Shown here in pieces: positions 1 to 13,570 of a DNA stretch of 43,000 bases. The stretch is from contig JAKLZA010000148.1 in NCBI GenBank assembly GCA_030704615.1, positions 1-43,000 on the forward strand, in the 5' to 3' direction. The notes beneath the pieces were generated by a model, which was not told the DNA's origin, searched no databases, and saw only the letters and a program-made list of their open reading frames with translations. Position 1 is the stretch's first letter. Every line of letters begins with the position of its first letter. The stretch comes from Takakia lepidozioides (taxonomy: Eukaryota > Plantae > Bryophyta). A program made the translations under genes and the position numbers.

Positions 1-1158
1 ACCACACTGCATGTCTGTTTGTAATGCCAAGCAGTTCTATGTGTTGCACCGTTTCCCTGACCTCACCCGAGCTTGCATACACGTTGGTTCCCATTGTCAC
101 AAATTGGCGAGGGGGAATTCGCGGGAGGCTGCCCACGAAGCAGAGCAGCTCGTTCAGGAGGAGGTTAAGTTGAGACCGGGTGCCAAACCCAAACAGATAC
201 AGCTCCAAGCCGCCCATAAGATGGCATTGGCCAGAATTATGTCGGAAGATGGCTCCGATAGAGTTCCTCTCGACGAAAAGGAATGGAGGCATTGCTGGAG
301 TCGGTGTCCCACGTATGTTCACCGAATGTCCGAAACCACATTGTCTCATGCAAACAGAAAATTGGGCGTGGCTCGGATATGCACTCCATTCTGGAGGTGA
401 AGCGACGATGTGGATATGACTACATTCATGGAAGTAGGTTTCCAGGACAAGGGACTGAGGCAGATCGTTGTTTCGTATTCAAAATGTCTACGTGTGGACC
501 TGGCAGCGGCGTCGAATTGGTCGACAGGATGACGAGTGGAACTTGTCAAACAATTGGGTCATGTTCGACCATATCAAGCGAATTACAAATCACCAGTGGG
601 TGACAATGGGTGCACATGTCTACGACACCCACTGCAGGATGCTAATGACAATTGCTATTTGTGAGATGAAAGGAGAGGACACACAATCGGAGATGCTTCT
701 TTGGCAGGGAATAAACGAACAGATGGCCAAGGCGGGATTGCCCCCTCCAAATTTCCGTGGTTTCATGGCGGACAACGCACAAGCAAATTGGGCTGCCATC
801 CGAAGGGTGTACGGGCAAGACCCCAATGTTCCCATGGAAGGCAAGGAGAGATCTTGTGGGTTCCATTTTCTGCAGAGCCTTTCGCAGTACACAACCAGGC
901 TCGTGGCGCCAGATTTCAGAGAGGAGCACCGTTCCATGTGCCTTGCATGGAAGCGTGCTCCCACCTTGGATGATGCAGAGACACAGTTTGCATGCATACG
1001 GGCTTGGTGGACATCGTCAGTGCTGTGTAAGGAATCAGACGAGGGAGCAATGGTCAGTTGGCTAGCATGGTGGCATTATCGTTTCCTCCAGTTCGGCGAC
1101 TATATGCGGGAGGTGAGTTGCACGAATTCGCGTCCCGTTGAATATTATTCTTGGTCAT
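1..1158 (+). pseudogene. MULE-type DDE transposase, partial; near-identical inverted copy of 31116-32274, cut off by an LTR inside its intron
   Basis: ORFs 11-400, 283-603 and 468-1217 together give the same protein as 31108-32235(-): WVMFDHIKR, FMADNAQANW...SCGFHF (D..CxxH MULE signature). Intron donor GAG|GTGAGT at 1113. Similarity to the second copy stops at 1158 where the LTR begins. Confidence 0.85.
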
Positions 1159-2165
1159 TGTCGCGCGGCTTTTACTCACCCATCCCTTCGCTATCCGAGG
1201 CGGAAACTCCAAGATAGAAGAGTTGGAAATCTCTAAGTACTCAGCCCGCGCAGAACAATCAGTCTGACCTACAGCTAGTGTATCATGGGGGTGTTTCCAT
1301 TTGTTTCCTTTTCCGCATTCATCTTAGCTACCTTACCATTGATAATTAAGTATCAGTTTGCTTCATCATTTATCGGTTTCCTTAACTCCTCCATTCAATC
1401 CACAGCTTCACTCAGATCTCTCTACACAGTGTGATTGTATCGTATAAGTATCAGATTATGATTTATCAGGTATCAGGCCGAATCCATTATGTCTCTAATC
1501 TGCTCTACAATATCACTCTAGCTTTGCATATGACAAGCATCTACTAATCCTCTTTTCTCCTTCATCGTGCTCTCCGATCTCCGCTCCTCCCGCTGTCTCC
1601 GAAGTCCTCCCCGAATAATGATCCCTTCCTATTCCCCGTTCTTCCCTTTATCCTCCTATCCGCGGTTCTAACCGTTTCCCTCTCTAACCGTCGTATGTGA
1701 ACTAACATGTTCCCTTCACTGGTGTTGTTCCCCACAGTCGTTCCCTGTCCTACTCTTCGTTCCCTATTATCGTGACAGCTGTGTCAAGCGGTGACTGGCT
1801 GTGTTTGGGTTTGTGTCGCTGTGTTGGCTGGTGACGGTGGGTGTGTGCCGGGCTGTGACTGGCTGTGTGGGCTGTGTCTGCTGTGACGACTGTGACGGCT
1901 GTGTGGCTGTGTGTGACGACTGTGTTGGCTGTGTGGGCTGTGACGGCTGTGTGGGCTGTGTGGGCTGTGTGGGTTTGTGACGACTGTGACGGGCTGTGTT
2001 GGCTGTGTGGGCTGTGACTGCTGTGTCGGCTGTGTGGGCTATGTAACCCCCCTCTACAGTGCGCTGCTGTCACCCCTAAGGTTCCTGTTTGTCTCAGTCT
2101 GTGCAAAATTAAGGGTACCCTACAGATCCCGTATAAGTGTCTAAGTCCCCTATAGTCCTCTAACA
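1159..2165 (-). repeat. 3' LTR of element 1
   Basis: On + it runs TGTCGCGCGGCTTTTAC...GTCCTCTAACA, is near-identical to 13571-14563, and adjoins the PPT. Confidence 0.95.
1772..2040. repeat. GGCTGTGT/GCTGTGAC degenerate tandem repeat within the LTR
   Basis: Directly visible. Also present at ~14186-14437 and in shorter form at ~17083-17210. Confidence 0.9.
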
Positions 2166-2181
2166 TTACCCCTTCCCCCTC
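2166..2181 (-). other. Polypurine tract (PPT) of element 1
   Basis: The minus strand reads GAGGGGGAAGGGGTAA immediately before the LTR start TGTTAGAGG. A near-identical tract lies at ~17337-17352. Confidence 0.9.
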
Positions 2182-5100
2182 AAAAAGCCGTGTCCTCACG
2201 GTTTACTGTTTCCGAGTAGCAACCCTTTGTGAGTGAGCACCTTGTTGACGTTGAGAGTTTCGTGGGGGCTGTGTGTACGAGCCCGAGGTCTGTCTCTGGT
2301 TGATGGAGATGGTTGATCACTACCTGGATAAGTGAGGCCTTCTGGAGGTTGATATCGAGGTAATCTTTCCGGCATAGGAGATCCCCTTTGTTCTTTTCTT
2401 CCATCTGAATTGCATAGTCTTCTCCCATGTCAAAAGAATTTTGTGAAGAAACAGTTGTATCAGAATCCTCATCGCCTCTCAGGTGTTTTAATTTTCGAAC
2501 TTTTTGTGGAATCATCTGGGGCATACAATGCTGTCCTACCATGTCTGGAAGTTTGCATTTTACAACCTGGTGTAACCGTTGAACAGCAAAATTGGTGTAG
2601 ACACTGAGCTCCTTGTCTGTCCAGATGAGTGGGGTACCAATTACTGGTGCCGCGTGCAAGTATTTCCATGCGATATGTCCCTTATAGAAAATGTCATCAA
2701 GTCCGAATTTCTGTGTTGACAAATTGTTGCAGGCTGCTTGAAACCATGAACGAATTTGAGAATCCTTTTGTATCATAACTTTTGGGTCATATAGGTACAT
2801 ATGAGGTGGCACCGAAGGTAATACCCAATGATCTCCACTGGAGTAACTTTGAAAGCGTGCTTGCATCTTTGTTGCTCTATGTGGTAACGTATCAGGAAAA
2901 AAGCAGCGTAGTATAGCCCGCACCCCATGACAATACTTGCTATCTCCTTGGTCTTGGTATAAATGAGTCCATGTACAACCTGGAAAGCAACCAATTCCCT
3001 CAACATGGTACCTGCCTTGTGCCAGTATTGTGCAAAGTGATGATCTTCAATATGTCGATTTTTGGAAGAACTTTAGTCCTGGTTGCCACTGGCAGCCAGA
3101 TACGCATGATTTGGTAGTAATGTGCGAATGACTGCGGAGGACTAAATTCTTTCCAAGCCAAATCCAACATGATGGGAATTTGGTTGAAGGGCATAATCAT
3201 AGCCCTACTGTACTCCCTGGCAGCTGGGAGTTTTAGGTGGGTTAAAAGCTGCATTGCCCCATACCTCCGGCTGTGGTGGCTGTGGTGTGGTTGTAGTAAC
3301 CACAGGTTCAGCTACTGGTACACTGACCTGTTGTGGTGGTGGTGGTACTGGTTCCTGTACCATTGGCATCTCCTGCACCTCCTGTGAAGACTGAAAAGCC
3401 AGAGTTCTGGCTTGCAAATAAGAAGCCATTAGCTGTTCCTGAGGGATATAGACTCTTTGGTCGATGTTTGAAGTGAGGTCTTCCACTTGAGTCTGGAGTC
3501 CGTCTACATCCTCTTGTAACTCTGCTATCCTACTATAGACATTGTCTATAGTAGTTGTGGCAATGTTCTGCACCTGCAGTCTGAGCTCATTCATCTCGCT
3601 TTGGGTGAGCTTCCGTGGGCTTTTGCCCTCTACTGGCCCTTGTGCTAACCAGACCTGCATAAGGCTTTATCCACCAAGCTGCTTGTGGTTCCCCTGAGAG
3701 TTTGCTCCTCTTAGCTTATACAATTCCAACTGCTGTTGTAAAGCCTTCATGCGCTTCGCCTGTGGCTCAACCAATTGCGCATAGGCAGCAAGTAGATTAT
3801 TGGCTTCTTTCGAAGCCTTGTTACTGACCGCGATTTCATTTCTATTAGCCACGATGGTTTGTTGCAACTCCACGATGTATTTCTCATTCTCAGCTTCCAT
3901 CTGCCTGTATTGCTTGAAAGTATCTTCATTGCGACAGATTGTATTCTTCATATCGACAATGAGTTTCATGTGCTCCACATTCTCTTCTTCTGCCTTCGTA
4001 CATTTTTCCGCTTGACTGTTTATTTCTTTTGTTGATTGGTCAAGCATAGTTGTAAATGTAGCGCATTGTATCTCCATCCTGTTATGCACTGTCTGCAACT
4101 CCGTATGTAGTGCATTCAGTTCTTGCAACTTGCTTTCATGCTGCACCTGCATTTGGTATAGCTGTTGCTTATGTGCTTCGTGCAACTGGTCTTGCGCAAG
4201 GCCTGCCTCAATCAATTGTTGCTTGGCCAATTGCAAAGCCATTTCTGTATGGCCAAGTCCTGCTTCATCTTGAGAGTGACCTCTTCATCGACCTTGTTTG
4301 AACACTCAGTGGCAAGTCGAGCCTCAAACTCCTTCCTGAGTTCTTCTTTCAAGGCTGTCAATTGGGTAATTGGAACATGGGTTTTGACATAAGTCCCCAA
4401 CAAATTAAGTGTCCTGCCTATGGAATTCATCAGCATTGCCTGTTGAGGGTCATCATGGTGAGGTTGCTGCTGTTCCTCCCGATCTTCAACAGTATGATGT
4501 CTCACTAACCATTCAGACCATTGTCCCACCGGATTTTCTTCCTGAACTACTTCATTTATGACCGGTGCTACAGTGTCATGGCCTTCCGCCTGTGGTACCT
4601 CCGACACAGGTGTGTGCATTATATGTACCTCAGGATTTTTCTTGGGCAACTGTTGCACCTCTGGGATTTCTGTCTGCTTGACCAGACCAGAATATTCATA
4701 GAGAAGGTCCCCTTTCTCTATTTCTGCCACTATCTGTTCTGTAGTTGGAATATCTATCCTTCACTTTCCAAATCTATTATTCGGGTTGAGCTGCATGGAT
4801 AACTTGTGACCTTGTGACAAGTCGTTCAAGTGGCTGTGTTGGTTGTGATGCAGAAGTAACTTCTTCCTCCCTCTCTGAAGGTCCTGCTTCCAGTAATAAC
4901 ATTCTTGTGTGCTGCTGTGCCCCTCCCTGGTCATGAGCTTGGGAAACATTATCATGCGGAATCCGTGAAGCCAGTGGATCCGCCACTACAGTCTTTCCCT
5001 TCTCTGCCTCTTAGTCTCGGGTTGTGCTGCTAGTCCACCCTCACTGTGTGAAGGCCTTGCTCTTCCATTGCAGTTGTTTCTGGCTCAAACACTCCCATTT

Positions 5101-5743
5101 CCTTCCTTTCTTGTGCATTAAGTATGCCAGAACTAAGGATTATTTGAGCAATGATTGGGCCAGACACTATGATAGGAGATTTTTGTGTGGTAGTACCTTG
5201 TAATCTTTCATCTCCTCTACCAGTGCGTTGTACATTATGTCCGCCCATGGTAACCTCTTGTCCCTTCAAGCCTTTGAGGATTTCCTCTGTGAAGGATCTG
5301 CTCAAATATTGTTGGTTCTGTTTTAGGGCAATCAGAACGTTCAATACTTGCCTATGTCTTTTAACCCTGGGTACACAGCTTTGGTACAAGCATAACCCTG
5401 AGTTTTAAAGAAACTCCCTTCTTGGAATAAATCCCCTATTTGCAGTCTTTCTCTGTGTTCCTCCACCATACACATGACTTCTGGCAATCGAAACAATTGC
5501 TGGAGGTATAGGGGAGTAATCATTAATTCAACTCCCTTCACCGTTGTTGTTCCTGTCTTTGGCTCAAAGTTCTGCAAAATGTAACATGTCTGTCTATGGT
5601 GTAGTGTCCAATCCATCCATGCTTTGCAATCCTTCCAATCTCAGCTCCTTCAGTATCTTTATCGCCTGGGGGGTAGCCATCGTTTGTTTGCAGAATTTGG
5701 TGCTCTTCACCCTGATTTCCTCCATTCCTCTCACTCTCTTCAT
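2180..5743 (-). CDS. Additional 3' ORF region of element 1 (frameshifted): plant-transposon-like N-terminus, long coiled coil, unknown C-terminal domain
   Basis: Chain of same-strand ORFs 5594-5965, 5341-5616, 5030-5389, 4777-4986, 4212-4730, 3667-4242, 3205-3660, 3000-3254, 2773-3006, 2180-2923. Protein is conserved in element 2, where some breaks are read through (e.g. 19180-19818). Q/E/K/L heptad-rich middle. Confidence 0.7.
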
Positions 5744-6427
5744 CTTAGACTCACAGAACTGCTTTGGCTGTAACAACTGCAGGAATGCCTGTAGTGCACA
5801 AAGCAGAAACGTATGGTTGCCGCAGAAAGTATGGGTAATCTCTGTAAGCCTGCGGGGCTTGCAAGCATTGTTCAAGAGAAAAGCTCTGCTCTTTCGTTTC
5901 GTGTCTCTGCCATTGCGTAAGTATATTGCGAGCGTATAGTCTGTTAGCTCCTCCATAGTTTCCAAGTTATAGCATTTATGGCCTGTCCTGTCGAGACGCC
6001 CGTTACTCAGAACGACGCCGCCGCTCTTGCGCTTAATTTCCCTCCATTTTCTTGATCATTTCTCTGGTTTTCTATTGGCTGTATCAGCTGTGACTGGATT
6101 TTAACTTTTATCTTCTTTAGTGGACTTTCCCTGTTGGATAGTCCACTAGGATCACACATGCGACATGAATTCAGTTTTCTGTACTTGCCGTTCGTTCTGT
6201 TTCCCTTTTTCCGTATTCATTAATGGGGCCCGCCTTTCATCCCTTTTGACGGCCGTTCTTGTCCTCTTTCTTTTTGACACCTGTCCTTGCACTTCATTCT
6301 CTGCTGTGTGTCGCACCCTGACCTCCATGTCTATTTTAAATTAATTTCCGTTTCTTCTTCCTTCAGCCATTTCCTGAAGTTTTTATGTGTCCACTTGTCT
6401 GATTCTATGGATCGTGTAACTTTAGTA

Positions 6428-6830
6428 GGCTGTGTTGAGCTGTGACAGGCTGTGTCATACTGTGTACTTACGTTGTGTTGGTGTGTAGGTGTGTTGCACT
6501 GTGGTAAGCTGTGATAGGCTGTGACACGCTGCGGTAGGTTGTGATAGGCTGTGTCACGTCGTGACGGGCTGTGTGATAGGCTGTGTCACGCCGTGCCGGA
6601 CTGTGATAGGCTGTTTGCGCCTTGCTGGGCTGTGATAGGTTGTGTCACGCGTGCTGGGAGTGTTGTGGCTGTGATATGTTGTGGGCTGTTGTTGTGCTGT
6701 GTCATGCCGTGATGGGCGGCTGTGATAGGCTGTGTTGAGCCTTGCTGGGCTGTGATAGGGCTGTGTCATGCCGTGATGGGCTGTGATAGGCGTTGTCACG
6801 CCGTAATGGGCTGTGATAGGCTGTGTCACG
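6428..6830. repeat. GGCTGTGATA/GGCTGTGTCA tandem repeat downstream of pol
   Basis: Directly visible. Same core as the LTR repeat. Much shorter in element 2 (~21596-21712). Confidence 0.9.
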
Positions 6831-6869
6831 TTTGTTTGCCCACCCCGGTATATATACTGGGCCTAGCGA

Positions 6870-9800
6870 TCAAGTGTTCCATACTCTGTTCGTAACACTG
6901 GTGCAGCCCGTGACTGCTCTTGCGGTTTCAACATGCAAATCATGCTGCAGGGGTTTGTCATGGATACCACTGTACCCCTTCAACTTATTTGCATTGACTC
7001 TTCCCAGCATTTCTTTGTTAATGGTTTGTAACATGGCTGTGTTGTTATCATACATCTTTTGGATGACATAAGGTCCTTTCCATGGTGATTTAAGCTTAGA
7101 AGCTTGAATCTTTCCTTTCTTTCGCAACCATAGAACCAAATCCCCCGTCTTAAAAAGTCTTTAATTTGCCTTCATCAAACTGCTCCTTTCGCTTCATCTG
7201 AATTCTGGTCATATTATCCGCTGCATCAGCACGTACTTCTTCCACATGGTATAATTCATGTTTCTGACCTTGATGGAGTCTTGCAATTCCATTCTTTTTC
7301 CCCACTCCGTTTCTCATGGTAGGTAACAGGAATTCCACTGGAAGTAAGGCTTCCATACCATAAACTAATTGGATGGTTATACTTTGTGGTGACTTTATAC
7401 GAAGTCCTGTATGACCATAAAGCTGTCAGCAGCTTTGTATCCCAATCCGTTCTGTTTGCATTGACTATCTTAGCCAAGATAGTACATAGTATTTGTTGGT
7501 AGCCTCTGCCTGTCCATTACCCTGTGGGTAATATGTTGTACTCTTTCTATGCACAATCAAAAACTCTTTAGTCAATAACTCAATGGTCTCATTCATGAAG
7601 TGACTTCCTTGATCACTGATAATTCTAAGGGACATCCAAATCGTGTAAGTATGTTCTCGTACAGGAACCTTGCTGTGGACTTGGCTGTGTTGTCCCTCAA
7701 AGCTTTAGCTTCCACCCACTTTGTAGTATAATCAGTGGCTGTTATGTAATTTGTACCTGTTTGTGTATTCTTGGATGGTGGATTAATTGGTCCAACAAAG
7801 TCTAGTCCCCATTTCTGAAATGGTTCCGTAGGCATTGTAGGATGCAAGCCATTCTTCCAGATCTCTGCAAAGGTCCTAGCCTCTGACATTCATCACACTT
7901 CTGACAATACTCATGTACATCTTTTGAACAAAGTAGGCCACCAGTATCCTGCGAGTAGTATCTTTCTACTGGTAGTTCTTCTCCAAAATGACCTCCAGCC
8001 ACTCCTTTATGAAACTTCCTCCAAGACTTTTATTTACTTCATGGTGGTACAAGCATCGTTTTAGTACTCCATCAGGTCCTAACTTATACATTCTGCTTCC
8101 TACCATAGTATAAGGTAAGCTCTGATAGCAATTCTCTTCCTCTGCTCCTACCATAACTAGGTGGGCACTGACCATGACAGGTAGTATCTGATTGGCCACT
8201 GCCAATCTAACCATTCATCTGCACTCCTTGACCTCCATTACAAAAAACTCGCATCAGGTAACTGATCGTCCACTCCTGTGGCGGCCTCTCCTGTTGTTAG
8301 TCGTGACAAATGATCTGCCACAAGATGCAAACGGCCAGGCTTGTAAATAAACCTCGACTCAAACTCATGCAAGATATTAACCACCTCGCTATCCTTCCAC
8401 TTATCAAAGGTTTGTTCACCAGATATATCAGAGCCTGGTGATCCACATAAAAACATAAACTTCTCTTTCCCAATAGGTAATGCCTGAATTTCTTCACTGC
8501 ATAGATCATTGCCAATGCTTCTCTTTCCGTTGTGCTATAGTTCCTCTCAGCACTGTTCATCAACCGGCTAGCATAGTACACAGGTGAATCTATATTCCCT
8601 GTAACATTCTGGGCTAACACCGCTCCCAACGCTTCTCCTGATGCATCGCAGTGAACATGAATACTACATGCCAGCGAGGGTTAATCAGCACAGGTGTAGT
8701 TGTTACTGACAGTGTAAGTTCCTCAAACGCCTGTTGACATTCAGCTGTCCAGGCAAACACTGCATCTTTCTTCAGAAGCTTGCTCAATGGTGCTGCTATT
8801 TGTGCATACCTTTTGACAAATCTTCTGTAATAACTGGTTTGCCCAAGGAATCTCCTTAAACTCTTAACATTCACTGGTGGTGGAGAGACTTTAATGGACT
8901 CTGTCTTCCTGGGATCCACAAGGAGTCCCTTCTTACACACAATGTGTCCCAGAAGCACCCCTGAGTTCACACAGAAAGTACACTTCTCTGGATTCAAGCC
9001 CAGACCTCTCATCCTGCATCTGGCCAGGCATAACTCCAATTTATGCAAGTGCTCATTCTTAGAGCTGTACACACTGAAATCATCCAAAACACCTGCATGA
9101 AATCATCCAGATACTCATGAAAAGATTCACTTATCACTCTCTGAAAGGTCGCTGGTGCATTACAAAGTCCAAAGGGCATGACTTTGTATGCATAAGCCCC
9201 CCAGTCTGTGATGAAAGCTGTTTTCCCTTGGTCTTCTTCTGCCACTTGCACTTGATTATAACCACTGAAGCCATCCATGAATGAGTACATCTCATGGCCT
9301 GCCACAGTGTCTAATACTGCTTCTGTGAATGGCAAAGGGAAAGGATCTTTCTTCGTACAAGCATTCAGCTTCTTATAGTTCACACATACTCTTAGTTTGC
9401 CATTCTTCTTTGGGAACTATAACAATGGGTGACAACCAAGTTGTATACTCTATTGGGTATATAAACTTAGCCTCAGCCAACTTCTTTATCTCTTCTCCAA
9501 CCTTCTGTGCGTAGTTGGGATTCATTCTATACCTCGCCTGCTTGATTGGTACTGACCCTGGTTCCAGTTCAATTTTATGCTGACAGACTTCAGGTGGTAT
9601 CCCTTTTAGATCCTCATAGCTCCAAGCAAATACATCTCTGTATTTGATGAACAAGCTTTTAGCTTCTTCGAAGAATTCCGGCTCCAAATCAGCTCCTACT
9701 TTCACCATCTCGGTTCCTCCTGAGTTCCCACATTTACTTCTCTCACCTGCTCATCAGCTGTGATTGTCCAACCAGTCACCACTTCATCCTGTAAGCTCAC

Positions 9801-12800
9801 AGTGGCTGGTTCTTCTAGGATTTCTATTTCTCCCTCTTTTCTTCATAGAAATGTGATGGGTAAATGCTGGTTTCCTCTTCAGTTGGTGTTGCTGTCACTA
9901 CACCACAGCAGATACCTCTCAAACAACTTAGGCTTTCCAGCCGCATCTCTGCAACCTGCTCCCACTCTGGGTGTGCAGCAAATAGGGTAGCTTCCTGCTC
10001 CTCATCCAGTCCTCCCCTCCAGTCATACTCTCTGACTCCTCGAGGTCTTCTTGTAGCAGGTAATCTACTAGATTTCTTTGTGGTAATTTGTATCTCGTGC
10101 ATCCCATTATGCACAGTTAGTAACTGAGAATTCCAGTCATGGAATACCCTGGCCTGTTTCAGCCACGGACGTCCCAATAATAAGGAGTAAGCCTCCATGA
10201 CTTCATCCATTTTTAATACAGTTACTGTGATCATAAAGATCATTTTCTGTATCTGTATCTTAACTCCTCTTATTAATCCCAATGGCTGTACACTTCTTTG
10301 ATCTGCCATTGTTACTGTAAATGGGGCTGGTTTCATGTTACTTAGACCAAGCTTCTTCCTTAATTGGTCTGTCATGATATTTACTCCAGAACCACCATCT
10401 ATCAGTACATCAGTTAGTTCTGTGCTTCCAATTCTCAATTGGATTACTGGCATAGAATCATCAAAGTCCATGACTGGTTCTCGCCCTTCCGGCTTCACAT
10501 TATAACTGGTCACCTTGCTGTTCAGGTCTGTGTTTCCTGTCTCTTGGGCAATTCGATTGATTGCTTGATACAGCCTGTGCCTACAATAAGGTGCCACAGC
10601 TAATAGCTGTCCAATGGTAATTTCTGCTTTGGTCTGACATATTACTTCAGCCAAAGTCTCTTCATTACTTTGCATGTCTGCATCTTCTTTTTTCCTTTCT
10701 TCCTCACTCCCTTCTTTTTCTCCATCCGAATCAGAGGAATCTGCCACAGGAATATCAGTACTCTTTTGCATTTCCCTTATAGTATCTGCCACTTCCTTGT
10801 GCAGTTCCTTCTCATCTTCCAAGTCTCTTCATCTTCAGGCATATCATTGCCACTTCCAGTCTCATCTTCTTCCTCTTCTACTGGAGGTATTAGTTTGGCT
10901 TTACTTCTTGTTACTATCATTGTACTTACTTCTGGTACAACACATGGCCTAACCATGTGAGCTGCCACCACTGGGCCCTCATTCACAGGAGCTCTCATCT
11001 CATTCTGGTGTCTTATCCAGAATGAACAGGCTGCCTTGCGATGTCCTGGCTGATTACAATAGTAACATAGCTCTTCACCATTGGGTCCTCGCCCTTGGTC
11101 TGTTCTTGGATTATTTCTATAATCCTGATTCCCGGGCTGGTAATTCCCCCTTGGATTACCCTGATAGTTGCCTCTGGAATTTCCTTGGTAATTCCCTCTT
11201 GAATTACCTCTCCCTTCCATGCCATTGTTATAACCACCAGACCTACCATAGTGGTCCTGATCATTGTTTCTTCTTGGCTGGGGCTGCACCTGATGCACCC
11301 TTACTTGCCTAGGTTCTCTTGCAGCTGTCCTTCTGTTGTAGTAACAATTCTCAGTAGAATGGTTATCCATTTTACAGATAGTACAGTGTTTCTCCTTCAT
11401 GTGGCATTCTGTGGTGGTATGGCCTTCATTCTGGCACTTTGCACACCATACACCCTTCCTCCAATGTGTTGCAGCCTCTGTGGCATACTTCTTCAAGATT
11501 TCTTCCAATCTTTTCTCATAGTTATCCCTCTTCAACTTTTCCTTTCTCTTACTCTTTCTTTTTAGTTCTTGCTCTTCTTCTTCATCTGACTCATCTTCAG
11601 AGTCCTCATCTTCCTTTTTCTCTCTCCTGAGCATTCCCATTGCTCAATTCTGTTTGCAGTTTCAAATGCCTCCTCCACTGTATTATGGGGTAACATATCC
11701 ACTTTCTTTTGCAACTCTGGTCTTAGTCCACTCACAAACCAAGTCTTCTGTAAACCGGGTGCTGGTACTGCAGCCAGCTTTTTCATCATCAATTCCATCT
11801 TCTCCATATACTCTTCAACAGTTTCATGCTTCTTCTGCTTCAGCTGTTGTAAACTTCCATACACTTCATCCTCAGTTTTACTTGTCCTGAACCTATTTCG
11901 AAATGCTGTATTCAAGCCATTCCAGGTTAGGAAATGATTATCAGGGAATCTTGCATACCATTCACTTGCTTTCTTGATAAGTGAACAAGGAAACAGTCTC
12001 ATCTTGGCATCATCGCCATTCTCATTGTTCACTATACACATGTGCTCAAATTGGCTAATGTGTACATCGGGATCCCTTTTCCTGAATATATTGGAAAGGG
12101 TGGTTTTGCCCGTGTTGGTTGTAACGCCATCTGTGGCCCTACCTTCTGCCCACTGACAGGTGCTGGCACCCTTGCTGGTGCTGGTCCTTCTGGACCTGTT
12201 GTTTTTGTGGTGGATCTTCCACCAAGTGGTGGCCCTTGAGCACTCCCTGCTTCTGGCCCCACGATATTCACAGTATTCCCAGCTTCAGTTGCACTACTTC
12301 CCACACTCCCTGTCCCCCCAGAGCCAGATCCAGGCAGCCCGCCTGATCCCCCTGAGCCGACACCTTCGTTGGCCTGTGATCCAAGTGCTCCACTTGATCC
12401 AGGTCCAACGGGTTGGGATGTCCTGGTTGTAGTCTCAACCTCAGCTGTTGGGTCTACTTCTTCATATTCTTCCTCTTCCAATTTCTTCTCTCTGTTTTCA
12501 TCCTCCAAGTTCTGCCCTTGGGTTTCTTCTTCACTCATGTAACTCAACTGTAATGGTGTTGGAGAGTCTGAACTCTCCGTTGGCTCTGCCACATCCTCTT
12601 CTCCTTCTTCATCTTCTGCTTCAGAAACTGGAGTTCCTGCTTTTGGTGTTCCATGCCAACTCTTATCAAAGATTTCTGTCAAGTCTTTTATCCAAGGATG
12701 TACCTCAGATCTTTCACCTCGTGATTGATCTTCTTCCTGTACCAATTCCCTTAATCTTTCTTGCAAAGAAACAGAAGGAGTGGCATCCAACTCTAGTTCT

Positions 12801-12961
12801 TCCGGTATAGGTGATGCACTTTTTGATCTTGATGGTGTGAGAGGTCCAGATGATTCCCCTATGTCTATTCCTCTCTCCCAAAGATATGGATAATTAGCTT
12901 TCAGATAGCTTTCTCTTTTTGATGAATATCTCTGTCGTCTAGCTTCTCTTTCATCACTCAT
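6870..12961 (-). CDS. Gag-Pol polyprotein of element 1 (multiple frameshifts)
   Basis: Gag [18 protein letters not shown]; three CCHC knuckles ([42 protein letters not shown]); protease [11 protein letters not shown]; [30 protein letters not shown]; RNase [24 protein letters not shown]; integrase [27 protein letters not shown]. Confidence 0.95.
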
Positions 12962-12982
12962 GTCCCATGTCTTTCATTTCTT

Positions 12983-13568
12983 TTAATGTGGCAATAACCA
13001 AAACTCTCTTCTGTAATATCTCTCGTATATGCCTGGGTTTCTTTCAAGCTTCAATGCACCCTTGGCTATACTTGAAGTCTCCGTTACCATATAACCATAT
13101 GGCAAACAAGTCTGAAAAGCTGTTCTTGGTGTGAGTTTGATCCACAAAATATCCTTTGGAATCCAATTCTTTACCAGTACAAGCTCTTCATGCATATGAG
13201 TATAAACATTCACCTTTCTTTCTTCCCAGCCTTCAAACTCTACTCGTTTAATGGATAGCAATGCTATCACATAAACCAATGTTGGTAACCAACGTGCTCT
13301 TCCTCTACAGGCTACCTGATAAATCTTTATCACTCCTTTCTCCAGACCCCATTCTGGATCAGCATCATGCACTCGTTTAAGAATATTTTCTTTACATCCG
13401 TCTGGCAATTCCAAGAACCTTTGAAAGAATTGTTTGGACAATCTTTCTTCCTTCGTTCCACAGGGAATTTGATTCACTTCAAATTCTTTAATGGTCCAAC
13501 CACCATGATCCCACCAGATGCCTGTCACATCTGGTTGTTCATGTCCCAGGTCCCCAGTATGGTCGCCA
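12983..13568 (-). CDS. Extra 5' ORF between PBS and gag, unknown function
   Basis: The frame is open for ~200 codons. Versus element 2, visible changes in DGCKENILKRVHDAD are synonymous (GGA/GGT, AAT/AAC, AAA/AAG, CGA/AGA, GAT/GAC). No in-frame ATG near the 5' end. Confidence 0.6.
13551..13568 (-). other. Primer binding site of element 1, probably tRNA-Arg type
   Basis: TGGCGACCATACTGGGGA lies 2 nt inside the 5' LTR end, and is identical at 28368-28385. It resembles the TGGCGAC... Arg-type PBS of Tat/Ogre elements. tRNA identity was not verified. Confidence 0.75.
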
Positions 13569-13570
13569 AA

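Noticed and set aside
1750-2199. His/Ser/Thr/Gln-rich ORFs (also 6554-6829, 14198-14503, 17095-17370)
   Set aside because: They arise from the CACAGCC tandem repeat, and the frame differs between copies.
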